A DNA stretch of 64,000 bases from an uncultured Ignavibacteriales bacterium (GTDB taxonomy: Bacteria; Zixibacteria; MSB-5A5; GN15; FEB-12), in NCBI GenBank assembly GCA_964396245.1, contig CAYNEO010000002.1, forward strand, positions 80,951 through 144,950, read 5' to 3'. Position numbers and translations under genes: made by a program. Shown here piece by piece: positions 9,617 through 18,938 of this stretch (its first letter is position 1; every line of letters starts with the position of its first letter). The notes under the pieces were generated by a model. It searched no databases. It saw only the letters and a list, made by a program, of their open reading frames with translations, and had not been told where the DNA came from.

Positions 9617-10236
9617 TGAGGGACCTGATCGCTGCCCGGGATAATCGTATCCGGCATCATCTCATCGGGCAATTCTTCGTACATCGGCCGCGCTTCCTTG
9701 ACATCGACAATAACAAGCACGACCCAGGCGTTGGCATAACCGGCCGATTTAGCCTTTTGTTGATAATCTTCCGCTGCCTCGCGAGTTGCGAAGTCGCCGA
9801 CACGAAGCTTATAGTAAGGGACTTCGTAGTCGAGGTAAATCGGGCGGTCAAATATCTCTTTCGCAACGGTCTCCGCTCGCCGAGCTTCGCCGTAGACTTT
9901 GCTGGTGAAGAGCTGAACACGGTAGGTCTGGTTGGCGAGGGTGTCGATATCGACCGGGATTTCAGCCCTTTCCCCGGCGCTGGTGTCCGGAGGTTGTTCC
10001 ACCGTGCTGACAAGGGCGCCTTTGCCCTGTATCACCCCGCCGCGAGGATCCTCTTTGGGAATAACCTGCCGGTCGGCGGGCAATTCAAGCGGGTCGTATC
10101 CGCGACTGTCGATCTCCGGCTTCTCCCGGGCAGGGGGCTGTTCCTCGCTGGCTTTCTTCTGTCCCAGGCACCCACCGACGAGTGCGAGGCCAATCAGCAC
10201 GAGGAGAAGTTTATAGATATTTCGACTTTTCTTCAT
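9613..10236 (-). CDS. SPOR-domain lipoprotein
   Basis: Lipobox LALVGGC. The C-terminal SPOR-like repeat reads YRVQLFTS ... YYKLRVGDFATREAAEDYQQKAKSAGY. Confidence 0.6.
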   Translation of the reverse strand: MKKSRNIYKLLLVLIGLALVGGCLGQKKASEEQPPAREKPEIDSRGYDPLELPADRQVIPKEDPRGGVIQGKGALVSTVEQPPDTSAGERAEIPVDIDTLANQTYRVQLFTSKVYGEARRAETVAKEIFDRPIYLDYEVPYYKLRVGDFATREAAEDYQQKAKSAGYANAWVVLVIVDVKEARPMYEELPDEMMPDTIIPGSDQVPQ

Positions 10237-11290
10237 CTTCAGCCAACTGCGCGAGGAGTTGTTTCAAGTCGCCGACTTTGGTCTTGTGAGCCACGAGCAC
10301 AATTTCGCCGGATTTCACCACAACGAGATCCGAGACACCGAGACACGCCACAATGCCTTCTCCCTCATTATACACCGTAGTCTCATAGGTTTCCAGGATA
10401 GCCGTTTCTCCAACCAAAACATTGTTTTCGCTGTCTCTGTCGCGGATGCGCTCCAGCGAGTGCCAGCTGCCGATGTCATCCCAGACGATATCAGCACGCA
10501 AGGCAAGGACGTTCTTTGCAGTTTCCAGGACGGCATAATCGATCGAGATCGGTGTTGCCTGCTCATACAGTACCCGCCGGGCCTCCACCTCCTGATCCGT
10601 GCCGATTGTTTTCCCGTATTCTCTCAGGGCTTCGCCGGTCTCCGGCTGACAGGCGTCAATGGCCCTGAGAATAGATTTGGCGGACCAGATAAACATTCCG
10701 CTGTTCCACAGGTAATTACGACTGTAGTAATACTCCTGGGCCACAACCAGTTTTGGTTTCTCGGTGAAGCCAGCCACATGATAAACGTTACAATCATCCT
10801 CAGCGCGATAGATATCGCCCGTCTTGATATAACCGTAACCGGTCTCCGGCCGTGTGGGCATGATGCCGATGGTAATCAGGTAATCCTCGATAGAGGCGAT
10901 CGAACAGCCGACACGAATGATCTTGAGAAGCTTCTCCGCCGGACGGACCAGATGATCGGAGGAAAGCACGACCATAACCGCATGTTCGTCGTTGTGTATC
11001 AAATGAGTCGCGGCCAAACCGATAGCCAGGCAGGTATTTCGCCCGATTGGTTCAGTAAGGATATGGTCGTGGCTGATGTAATCCATCGCATTGAGAATGT
11101 GCTCGGTCATTGATTCGCCCGTCACAATGCGAATGTTCTCCAGCGAAACGAGAGGCTTTATGCGGTCGATGGTTTCTTCGAGCATCGTCCGGTTGGAGGT
11201 GAGCCGAAGAAACTGCTTGGGCCGTCTGATTCGAGACAGCGGCCAGAAGCGTTCGCCTCTGCCGCCCGCTATGATGACGCCGTATATCAA
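10211..11290 (-). CDS. manC: Mannose-1-phosphate guanylyltransferase (nucleotidyltransferase-only type)
   Basis: N-terminal GVIIAGGRGERFWPLSR nucleotidyltransferase motif, 359 aa. Confidence 0.8.
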   Translation of the reverse strand: MIYGVIIAGGRGERFWPLSRIRRPKQFLRLTSNRTMLEETIDRIKPLVSLENIRIVTGESMTEHILNAMDYISHDHILTEPIGRNTCLAIGLAATHLIHNDEHAVMVVLSSDHLVRPAEKLLKIIRVGCSIASIEDYLITIGIMPTRPETGYGYIKTGDIYRAEDDCNVYHVAGFTEKPKLVVAQEYYYSRNYLWNSGMFIWSAKSILRAIDACQPETGEALREYGKTIGTDQEVEARRVLYEQATPISIDYAVLETAKNVLALRADIVWDDIGSWHSLERIRDRDSENNVLVGETAILETYETTVYNEGEGIVACLGVSDLVVVKSGEIVLVAHKTKVGDLKQLLAQLAEDEEKSKYL

Positions 11291-11464
11291 AATTTACCCC
11301 TAATTCGAGTCTTACTCAGTCACGTAATCAGTTGATAATATGTAAGATAAAGCCATCAGTCAAGAAAAGTTTGACCGGTGGCGCAAGCGCAGTAAAAGCG
11401 GCCGGTCGGGTCAATTATCCCGTTATTAACAGCAGAGTTACAGGAGCGGCCACAGAGTCGACAT

Positions 11465-12400
11465 TCAACGGGAGAGAATGCCGAGGAGTATCGAATTGTA
11501 TCGACTTTCGACCGTATCTGATCTGAATGCGGCGGCGACCGGTACGCGCGTCCCCACGATGACACCGCCCGCCGGACAATCGCAGTACAGACTCATGGCG
11601 CAATATACTCCGTGGGCCACTTCGATATTCGGGGCCAAAAATGCATCAGCCTGCCCGGCCACTTCGGAAGATGTAATACCCTTTGAGACGGCCGCGGGCA
11701 TATCGATAGCAACATCGAACGAAAGCGGTCCGTCGACGTACGCGGCCTTGATTTGTCTGCGATCAGCCATCTTTGATATTACAGCCGCCTCGGTCGTGAC
11801 GAGCATCTGGGGATAGATCACTTCCACCGCGGCCAGCAGCGCCACACGGGGCTTGCCGATGCCGATTGACTCTGACACACGCGCCAGATTGTCGATCAGC
11901 GCCAGCTTTGCTTTCAAGTCTGGTTGGGGGTTAATCAGGCTGTCCGAAAGCAGAAGGAGTTTGGCATATGTCGCTGGTTGCAGAACGGCGACATGCGATG
12001 CGGTGCGGCCTTTGACGACCAGATCGAGTTGCCTGTCGGCAAGCATCTCCACCATCAGCCTCGTGCTGAGTTCGTCCGCGACAATCAGGTCTATCTGGCC
12101 GTCGCGCGCCATCGAAACTGCTGTTCTTACCGATGACTCCGGCTCGGCGTCATCAATAAAAGCCAGATTCTCGAGGCTGATTCTGTCTTCCCCGGCCGCC
12201 TCGCGAAATGCGGTCTCTTTGCCGATCAGTGTAGGCGTTATGAGTCCCTCGCCTGCCGCCAGAAAGAATGCCTCCAGACTGTCCGGACTGGATTCACCTA
12301 CGAGGGCGGCTTTGACACGATTTCCGGCCGTGGCCCGCTTTGCCCTGGCGGCGATATGTCCGAAAGTGTGGACTTCAGGAATAACCACTTGCGCCATCAT
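11465..12400 (-). CDS. Phosphate acyltransferase (PTA/PTB family), second tandem paralog
   Basis: The 311-aa product can be aligned by eye to the upstream paralog (shared VGTRVPV / VGARVPV and SRxDT region). Its start overlaps the upstream stop by 4 nt. Confidence 0.7.
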   Translation of the reverse strand: MMAQVVIPEVHTFGHIAARAKRATAGNRVKAALVGESSPDSLEAFFLAAGEGLITPTLIGKETAFREAAGEDRISLENLAFIDDAEPESSVRTAVSMARDGQIDLIVADELSTRLMVEMLADRQLDLVVKGRTASHVAVLQPATYAKLLLLSDSLINPQPDLKAKLALIDNLARVSESIGIGKPRVALLAAVEVIYPQMLVTTEAAVISKMADRRQIKAAYVDGPLSFDVAIDMPAAVSKGITSSEVAGQADAFLAPNIEVAHGVYCAMSLYCDCPAGGVIVGTRVPVAAAFRSDTVESRYNSILLGILSR

Positions 12401-13368
12401 CGATCACCTCCCTCGTCCCACACGTCATGGTGCTCGTAGTAATCGGCTATCACGCACGCCAGTGCCAGCGACGCTTTTTTGTTCTTGACCGTATCGGTCC
12501 GCGACACAAGCGAGACAGGCACTCGCGCGCCGACAATAACGCCGGCAAAGACTGCGCTCGCAAACTGGATGAGCGACTTGGCAACGATATTGCCCTCTTC
12601 GATGGAATCTACCAGGTAGATGTCGGCGTCACCGACAACCGGTCCCTCGAGATTATGAGCCGCAGCAATTCCTTTCGAGGTAGCAACATCGAGAGGAATC
12701 GGCGCCTGTATGGCGATGTCGTCAAACCGGTCCAACGCCGCCGGAACGATATCACTGATGTCGGACAGGGTGTGCGGTATACGCTCCGAAGGACTTTCAA
12801 CAGCCGATGAGACGGCGACCTTCACAGGTGAGAGTCCCAGGGCTCGAGCGACAAGGATAGCGTTCTCGAGGATATCCAGTTTCTGGCTGACATCCGGTTT
12901 CACCACCATGCCACCGTCCGTGAAGTTGAGCAGTTTATGATAACCGGGGATATCGAGCACGGCACAATGTGACAGGGTCTCCCTTCCCCTCAGGCCGTAT
13001 TCCTTGTCCAAAACGGTTTTCAGCAGTGCTGAAGTCGGGAGAAAACCTTTCATGACAGCGTCGGCCTTCCCCGACGAGGCCAATCCGACGGCGAAGTGAG
13101 CTGCCTCAGTGATATCGGGACGGTCGATTACTTCGAGGAAGCTTATATCGGTTCCGTTATCGCCAGCGAGTTGTTCGATACGGGCTTTGTCACCGACCAG
13201 AATGCCCGACACGAAACCGTCAGCCTGCGCCTGCGCAACCGCGCCGATGACGTCGGCGTCCTGCGCCGCGGCGACCGCTACGCGTTTTTTGCGCCCTTCG
13301 CCGGCGATCGCAATAGCGCGTTCGATCAACCGGTCAGACGAATGAATGGGTTCCATTTCCATGGGCAT
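12397..13368 (-). CDS. ptb: Phosphate butyryltransferase-like (PTA/PTB family)
   Basis: The 323-aa product carries typical PTB patterns (KGFLPTSALL, NFTDGGMVV, GARVPVSLVSRTD). It sits directly downstream of buk. Confidence 0.75.
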   Translation of the reverse strand: MPMEMEPIHSSDRLIERAIAIAGEGRKKRVAVAAAQDADVIGAVAQAQADGFVSGILVGDKARIEQLAGDNGTDISFLEVIDRPDITEAAHFAVGLASSGKADAVMKGFLPTSALLKTVLDKEYGLRGRETLSHCAVLDIPGYHKLLNFTDGGMVVKPDVSQKLDILENAILVARALGLSPVKVAVSSAVESPSERIPHTLSDISDIVPAALDRFDDIAIQAPIPLDVATSKGIAAAHNLEGPVVGDADIYLVDSIEEGNIVAKSLIQFASAVFAGVIVGARVPVSLVSRTDTVKNKKASLALACVIADYYEHHDVWDEGGDR

Positions 13369-13388
13369 TCGACTCCGAAATGTATCGG

Positions 13389-14456
13389 TTAATATGTTTT
13401 GAGCTTTTCTTGTCCGGAAAGATAGCGAACGCCGGCTGCGGCCAACGCTTCCATCTCAAACTCACCCGGCACCGCCGTGACTTTGCCGAGAAAGGCGACA
13501 TATTTCTTGATTTCGCTCACGAGGCGCTCGGAATTGGCCATGCCGCCAGTGAGTATTATAGCCTGAAAATCACCTTTCAAAACCACCGCGGCTATTCCGA
13601 TTTCCTTGGCGATTTGATACGCCATCGCCTTGAAATAAAGCGCGGCCTTCTCATCTCCCCCGTCGATCATCTGTTCAACCTCACGAAGATCGGCCTTGCC
13701 GAGGTAGGCCACAAGACCGGATTTCTTGGAAAGCTTGTCAGTCAATTCTTTTTCGGTGTATTTGCCGGAAAAGCACAGTTTGACAAGTCCGCCAATAGGG
13801 AGCGCGCCGGCGCGGTCGGGTGAAAACGGTCCCATCCCGAGCAAACCGTCATTGACATCGAGGATCTTCCCGCCCTGCAGAGCAGCCACCGATATCCCGC
13901 CGCCCATATGGCAGGTGACGAAATTGACCTCTTCCAGTTTTTTGCCCAGTTTTTCCGCTTCACGCCGGCTGATCTCCTTGATATTGAGCGCATGCGAACG
14001 GCATTTTCGCTGAATCTCGGGAACGCCGCTCACACGGGCGAGATCGGTAAAGTTATCGACGGTGATCGGGTCAGAAATGACCGAAGGAACGTTGTAACGC
14101 TGACCGAGATGATGGGCAATGAGGGCGCCGAGGTTCGAGGCGTGGTTGGAATATTTCCGGTTGCGAAGATCATCGAGCATCTGATCGTTGATACCGTAAC
14201 AACCACCCTCGAGCGGTTTCAGCGGCGCTCCCCGGCCGACCACCGCGGCGATATCGCCGGCTTCGATATTGAGTGACTCGATCCACCGGTCAATTTCCTT
14301 CATGCGGTAATCGAACTGGTCGGCGACGTTATCGAATTTTGCCAACTCCTGTGGGTCGTGGCGGCAGATGTCCTCGGATACTTTCTGAGTGCCGTCGAAA
14401 AGTGCGGTCTTGGTAGATGTTGAGCCGGGATTGATTATGAGTAAGTACTCAGCCAC
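13389..14456 (-). CDS. buk: Butyrate (branched-chain acyl) kinase
   Basis: N-terminus LIINPGSTSTKTALF is the ASKHA phosphate-1 motif. HMGGGISVAA and ILTGGMA motifs are also present. Confidence 0.9.
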   Translation of the reverse strand: MAEYLLIINPGSTSTKTALFDGTQKVSEDICRHDPQELAKFDNVADQFDYRMKEIDRWIESLNIEAGDIAAVVGRGAPLKPLEGGCYGINDQMLDDLRNRKYSNHASNLGALIAHHLGQRYNVPSVISDPITVDNFTDLARVSGVPEIQRKCRSHALNIKEISRREAEKLGKKLEEVNFVTCHMGGGISVAALQGGKILDVNDGLLGMGPFSPDRAGALPIGGLVKLCFSGKYTEKELTDKLSKKSGLVAYLGKADLREVEQMIDGGDEKAALYFKAMAYQIAKEIGIAAVVLKGDFQAIILTGGMANSERLVSEIKKYVAFLGKVTAVPGEFEMEALAAAGVRYLSGQEKLKTY

Positions 14457-14473
14457 ATCGCCTCCGGTGTCAT

Positions 14474-15085
14474 TCAGGCGTCGACCAGATTGAGTTTGAT
14501 ATCCTGGCCGCGTTTGAAGGCGGTCAGATTTATGTCGACAAATCTCGCTTTTACTTTCGACTTGATCATCTCCTGCCAGAGTTGCGTCTCAAACGGGAGG
14601 TAATTGGATGCGACACCGAGCAGAATGGTGTTGACCAGTCTGGGGTTGCCGAGCTCTGCCGCTATCTGGTCGGCCTGTACCGCGATCACGTGATCGGCGA
14701 CTTTCCGCATATCAGCAATCGGGTCCTCCGGATAGGAGAACTGCTTCGACGAAGTGACGATGGCCGGCACCAGGGTGGTAGTCGAAATGATCGCGACACC
14801 GTCTTTTTTCATCCAGTCAATGGCGCGCAGTCCCTCGGCCTGCTCAAAAGCCATGAGGATGTCGGCCCGGCCGTACCCGATGATCGGCGAATAAACCTTG
14901 GGGCCGATTCGCACATGTGACGTTACCACGCCACCACGCTGAGACATTCCGTGGACTTCGGATTTTTTAACGTCGAAACCGCCTTCCATCGCGACCGCGG
15001 AGATGATCTCACTGGCAAGTAAGACTCCCTGCCCGCCGACTCCGACAATGAGAATATTATATTCATTGTTATCCATGGATGTCAC
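14474..15085 (-). CDS. iorB: Indolepyruvate/2-oxoacid:ferredoxin oxidoreductase, beta (gamma-like) subunit
   Basis: The 203-aa product carries ILIVGVGGQGVLLAS, SEVHGMSQRGG. It directly follows iorA. Confidence 0.8.
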   Translation of the reverse strand: MTSMDNNEYNILIVGVGGQGVLLASEIISAVAMEGGFDVKKSEVHGMSQRGGVVTSHVRIGPKVYSPIIGYGRADILMAFEQAEGLRAIDWMKKDGVAIISTTTLVPAIVTSSKQFSYPEDPIADMRKVADHVIAVQADQIAAELGNPRLVNTILLGVASNYLPFETQLWQEMIKSKVKARFVDINLTAFKRGQDIKLNLVDA

Positions 15086-16867
15086 CTATGCTTTCACGAA
15101 TTGACTTTTCAGAACGATAGCTTCCTCCGGACAGATCTGGGCACAAAGAGTACATCCGGTACAGAGTGTGGTATCGATGACCGCCTTCGGATGACCGTGC
15201 TTGTTGGTTTCATCGGAGGCGGCTATCGCGGGACACGAAACACGGAAACACGCACCGCACCCGTTGCAGAGATCGAGATCCACGACATACGGCTCATCCA
15301 TGATGCGCTTCGGCATGAGCACACACGGACGCGTAGTGACGATGATCGACGGGCCCGGTTTCTCCATCTCTTCCTTGATCGTGTCGATGGCGGCATCGTA
15401 ATCGTAGGCGTCGAGTGTGCGGACATTCTGGACGCCGAGCGCGCGCACCAACGGTTCGATCTCGACGTTAACAGCGTCCTCGCCCATGAGGGTCTTGCCG
15501 GTTCCGGGATGCTGCTGGCCTCCGGTCATGGCGGTGGCGCGATTATCGAGGATGATAATGGTCACGTTGCTTTTATTGTAGACGGCATCGAGGACGCCGG
15601 TTATTCCCGAGTGGAAAAACGTGGAATCACCGATTACCGCTACGGTTCCGTTCCTGGATCCCTGCACGCGTTCCATGCCGATGGCGTTGCCTATTGACGC
15701 CCCCATGCAGATACAGGTATCGAGAGCGTTGAGCGGCTTGAGGACGCCAAGGGTGTAGCAACCGATATCGCCGGTGACGGTCACTTTCAGTTTTCGCAGG
15801 GCCATGAAAGCGCCCCGGTGAGGACAGCCCGGGCAGAGTACCGGCGGACGGGGGAACATGTTGTCGGCCGGCGGTATAACGGCAGCGGCAACTTCGCCGA
15901 TCACTCCGGCGAGATGAAGCCCCTCGGCGACGCGTTTTGGAGAAAGCTCTCCAAGCGGGCCAAAAAATTCCTTCCCGGCAATGTCATAGCCGGCCGCTTT
16001 GATTTGCTCTTCGTAGAACGGCTCGAGCTCCTCGACAACGATGACTTTTTCGTGGGACCGGATAAACTCGCCGATCTTCTCCATCGGCAATGGGTAGCTC
16101 ATGCCGAGCTTGAGATAGTCGAGATCGGGAGCTACTTCCTTGGCATACTGGTAAGCCACGCCGCCGGTGATTATTCCTATCTTTGATCCATTATCCTCAA
16201 CCGAGTTGAGCGGAGTTTCTTCCGTGAACTTGCGAAGTTTTTCCAGCCTCTCGACGACGACAGCGTGACGGCCGCGGGCGTTGGAAGGAATCATAACGTA
16301 TTTGCCGGGGTCTTTGACAAACTTCCGATCAGGTCCTTCGACCGGTTCACTCAACTCCACCACTCCCTTGGAGTGGGATATCCTTGTAGTCAGTCTAAGC
16401 AGCACCGGGGTATCGAACAGCTCGGACAGTTCGTAAGCCGTGACAACCATATCTTTGGCTTCCTGGCTGTCAGACGGTTCGAGCATGGGTATCTGGGCAA
16501 ATTTGGCGTAGTAGCGATTGTCCTGTTCGTTCTGGGACGAATGCATCTCGGGATCATCGGCCGAAACGAGGACAAATCCGCCGTTGACTCCGGTATACGA
16601 GAAAGTCATCAGCGGGTCGGCGGCGACATTGACGCCGACATGTTTCATCGTCACGAGCGCTCTGGCCCCGCCTATCGACGCTCCGATGCCGACCTCGAAG
16701 GCGACTTTTTCATTGGGGGACCACTGGGAATATACAGACCGATAGCGTTCGGCCAGAGTCTCGAGAATCTCTGTGGAGGGCGTGCCCGGGTAGGCGGCGG
16801 CCAGTTTAACGCCGGCCTCGTAGACCCCTCGGGCAACCGCTTCGTTGCCTGACAACAGTTCTCTCAT
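15086..16867 (-). CDS. iorA: Indolepyruvate/2-oxoacid:ferredoxin oxidoreductase, alpha subunit (TPP plus 2x[4Fe-4S])
   Basis: The 593-aa product has TPP-binding GDSTFFHSG and C-terminal CNGCGAC ... CTGCTLCAQICP ferredoxin motifs. Confidence 0.85.
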   Translation of the reverse strand: MRELLSGNEAVARGVYEAGVKLAAAYPGTPSTEILETLAERYRSVYSQWSPNEKVAFEVGIGASIGGARALVTMKHVGVNVAADPLMTFSYTGVNGGFVLVSADDPEMHSSQNEQDNRYYAKFAQIPMLEPSDSQEAKDMVVTAYELSELFDTPVLLRLTTRISHSKGVVELSEPVEGPDRKFVKDPGKYVMIPSNARGRHAVVVERLEKLRKFTEETPLNSVEDNGSKIGIITGGVAYQYAKEVAPDLDYLKLGMSYPLPMEKIGEFIRSHEKVIVVEELEPFYEEQIKAAGYDIAGKEFFGPLGELSPKRVAEGLHLAGVIGEVAAAVIPPADNMFPRPPVLCPGCPHRGAFMALRKLKVTVTGDIGCYTLGVLKPLNALDTCICMGASIGNAIGMERVQGSRNGTVAVIGDSTFFHSGITGVLDAVYNKSNVTIIILDNRATAMTGGQQHPGTGKTLMGEDAVNVEIEPLVRALGVQNVRTLDAYDYDAAIDTIKEEMEKPGPSIIVTTRPCVLMPKRIMDEPYVVDLDLCNGCGACFRVSCPAIAASDETNKHGHPKAVIDTTLCTGCTLCAQICPEEAIVLKSQFVKA

Positions 16868-16919
16868 GACAGTCTCACTCTATGATAAAAACGTTTTTTC
16901 CTTTAAGCAGACATGTGCC

Positions 16920-16935
16920 TGTGAATTATTTCACA
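16920..16935 (-). promoter_or_regulatory. Perfect TGTGA-N6-TCACA box (Rex/CRP-FNR type) upstream of iorA
   Basis: The sequence cTGTGAATTATTTCACAa lies 53-68 nt upstream of the iorA ATG (16867). Its inner A/T positions fit the Rex operator form TGTGAA-N4-TTCACA. Confidence 0.55.
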
Positions 16936-17073
16936 ACATAGTACATCCAGGGTTCCACGGCAACCTCTTTTTGGCAGATGTCGCTTAAGGATACGGCAAA
17001 CCGGCCGTCGGCACAACCTCTATGTCCGGATAAAGTAGGCTTAAGTCGGTCGGCTTTTCAGACGATACTATGC

Positions 17074-17548
17074 ATGAGAGTGTATTATAATCCCGACTGG
17101 GGGTCGGTTTACGTACGCAATAGAGAAAACTCCGTACGGATTACGGCTGACATTCGCCGGAGACATTGACGTTGACGAGATGACTGAATGGCTTGAGGCA
17201 TCAAGTGATATCCTCACGCGCATTCCGCCCGGCTTCGGCGTATTCGTTGACATGCGTCAGCTTGAGTTGATTTCGCCCGACGTGCAGGGAGCTTTTGAAA
17301 AAGGACAGCGCCTGTACAGGAGTGAAGGCATGTCGCGCTCGGTTGTCATTGTGAAGAATACCACTCTGGCGATTCAGTTCAAACGCATTGCCCTGAAAAG
17401 CGATATATACGACTGGGAGCGGTATCTCGACTGCACGACAGTCACAAACTGGGAAAAAGTGGGCATCGACTGGGTTTCGAAAGGAATCGACCCGGATGCC
17501 GAGTGGCGCGAAGAGATTCACCGGCGGGCTAATTCTCCACGGACCTAG
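17074..17548 (+). pseudogene. SpoIIAA/STAS-like small protein interrupted by an apparent frameshift in a G5 run (or an assembly error)
   Basis: The track ORF 17180..17548 has an in-frame upstream extension (YAIEKTPYGLRLTFAGDIDVDE) with no start codon. A different frame carries ATG 17074 and reads MRVYYNPDWG. Deleting one G from the run 17099..17103 joins both frames into one 157-aa ORF. Confidence 0.5.
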
Positions 17549-17577
17549 TATCTAACGGCGCCCCCCTTATCCTCACG

Positions 17578-18126
17578 TTACAGAAAAGCCGTCTTCACAG
17601 CGAGACCTATCAGAATCAGACCGCCAAACACTCCTGCCGCCCGACTGAATTTTAGACCGATAGTGCGCCCGAAGGCGAGGCCAATTATGGTCATCGCCGC
17701 CGCCACCACTCCTATGACAATTGCGGGATAAAGAATGTCGGTCCCGACAAGGGCCAACGAGAGACCCGCACCGAGAGCATCTATGGAAGTCGCGAACATC
17801 AGGACAAGCAGACTGAATCCTCTTGTGGGGTCTCCTTCCCAGGTTCGTTGTTCCGGATTGAACTGTTCCCAGATCAATCGCGCACCGAGAACAAACAGCA
17901 CGGCGGCAGCCACATATTCTCCGACGGGTCCGATCCATCGGTAAACATACTCACCCGCCCGCCAGCCTATAATGGGCATTCCGAACTGGGCGAACCCAAA
18001 GTGAAAAGACAGCCTGAAAATGGACCAGTTTTCGAGCTTGCCAAGTCTGACGCCGACTGCGATGGCGACAGCAAAAGCATCAAAAGCCAATGCAAATGCG
18101 AGGGCAATAACGTGGCTGAGCTGCAC
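17578..18126 (-). CDS. mntP: Manganese efflux pump MntP family
   Basis: It shows the two DUF204-type repeats (ALAFDAFAVAIAVG and TSIDALGAGLSLAL). The track ORF starts at TTG 18216. I prefer GTG 18126, which is preceded by GGGAG and gives a 182-aa product of typical length. Confidence 0.7.
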   Translation of the reverse strand: MQLSHVIALAFALAFDAFAVAIAVGVRLGKLENWSIFRLSFHFGFAQFGMPIIGWRAGEYVYRWIGPVGEYVAAAVLFVLGARLIWEQFNPEQRTWEGDPTRGFSLLVLMFATSIDALGAGLSLALVGTDILYPAIVIGVVAAAMTIIGLAFGRTIGLKFSRAAGVFGGLILIGLAVKTAFL

Positions 18127-18301
18127 GCGGTCTGAGGCTCCCGTTAAGTTGTTGTAAGCCAGCTTGATTTCGGTAGCAAACGGTAAGATATGACCTGCCC
18201 GGATTCTGGCAAGCAAGAATACGAAATCTAGCCCAAAAAAATCCGTAACACGCTGTCGGCCAAGGGGAACATTTTTTTCGAGATGTAGTTAAAGAAAATA
18301 C

Positions 18302-18334
18302 TTTACAAAAAGGTAAAGTATTTGTATAAAATAC
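18302..18334 (+). promoter_or_regulatory. Sigma70-like promoter of the Rrf2-suf operon with an inverted repeat over the -10
   Basis: TTTACA (18302..18307), a 17-nt spacer, then TATAAA (18325..18330). The inverted repeat GTATTT-gtata-AAATAC (18318..18334) overlaps the -10, which is an operator-like position. Confidence 0.4.
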
Positions 18335-18372
18335 ATAATAGATGGCAATAGTCTACTAGAGAGAGTAAAGAC

Positions 18373-18918
18373 GTGAGAATTTCAGCTATTGATGAATACG
18401 GACTCAGATGCCTGCTTGCCTTGGCCAGACGGGGACCAGACGAACAGCTGTCGATTTCCGAGATAGCGGAGATGGAGGGAATTTCAGTCCCATATGCCTC
18501 CAAGCTGTTGTCGGTTTTGCGGAAGTCAAAGCTGGTGGTAGCCGAGCGCGGTCGCGGCGGCGGGTTCAGCATTGCGCGGCATCCGAGTGAAATCAATCTC
18601 TACGAAGTCATAACGTCGCTTGGCGGTCCGGTTATCAACCCGGACCACTGCAAGAAATACACGGGACAAATGGACAAGTGCGTTCATATCGAGAACTGCT
18701 CGGTGCACGAAGTGCTCGGCGGACTGGCGGGATATATCCGTCATTTCCTCTCTCAGACGACCATCGAGGATTTGATATCGGGCAAGCCGATCAGCCTGGA
18801 GCGCCGCGGCAATACGGGTGTTCGCAGCCTGGATATGTGGCTTGAGTCCGAATCGGCAGAAGATGACATACATACAGATAAAGAAGCGTCCGCGGAATCG
18901 GGCGCGGTGAACAAATAA
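18373..18918 (+). CDS. Rrf2-family transcriptional regulator (IscR/SufR-like, putative Fe-S ligands)
   Basis: GTG start. The N-terminal wHTH reads LRCLLALARRG ... ISEIAEMEGISVPYASKLLSVLRKSKLV. Three Cys occur in CKKYTGQMDKCVHIENC. A ~40-aa acidic C-terminal tail follows. The gene heads the suf operon. Confidence 0.85.
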   Translation: MRISAIDEYGLRCLLALARRGPDEQLSISEIAEMEGISVPYASKLLSVLRKSKLVVAERGRGGGFSIARHPSEINLYEVITSLGGPVINPDHCKKYTGQMDKCVHIENCSVHEVLGGLAGYIRHFLSQTTIEDLISGKPISLERRGNTGVRSLDMWLESESAEDDIHTDKEASAESGAVNK

Positions 18919-18938
18919 TAGAAGAAGGATGGAAAGCG

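Noticed and set aside
11291-11464. A possible terminator or ncRNA in the manC / ptb-paralog intergenic region.
   Set aside because: Only a 6-bp GACCGG/CCGGTC stem with a long loop is present, without a U-tract. I recognised no tRNA-like or other conserved RNA features.
18127-18372. I looked for a yybP-ykoY manganese riboswitch upstream of mntP.
   Set aside because: I read the minus-strand leader. The conserved GGGGAGUAG 5-prime element and the UUGACAUA / AGCAAGACC 3-prime elements are not present.
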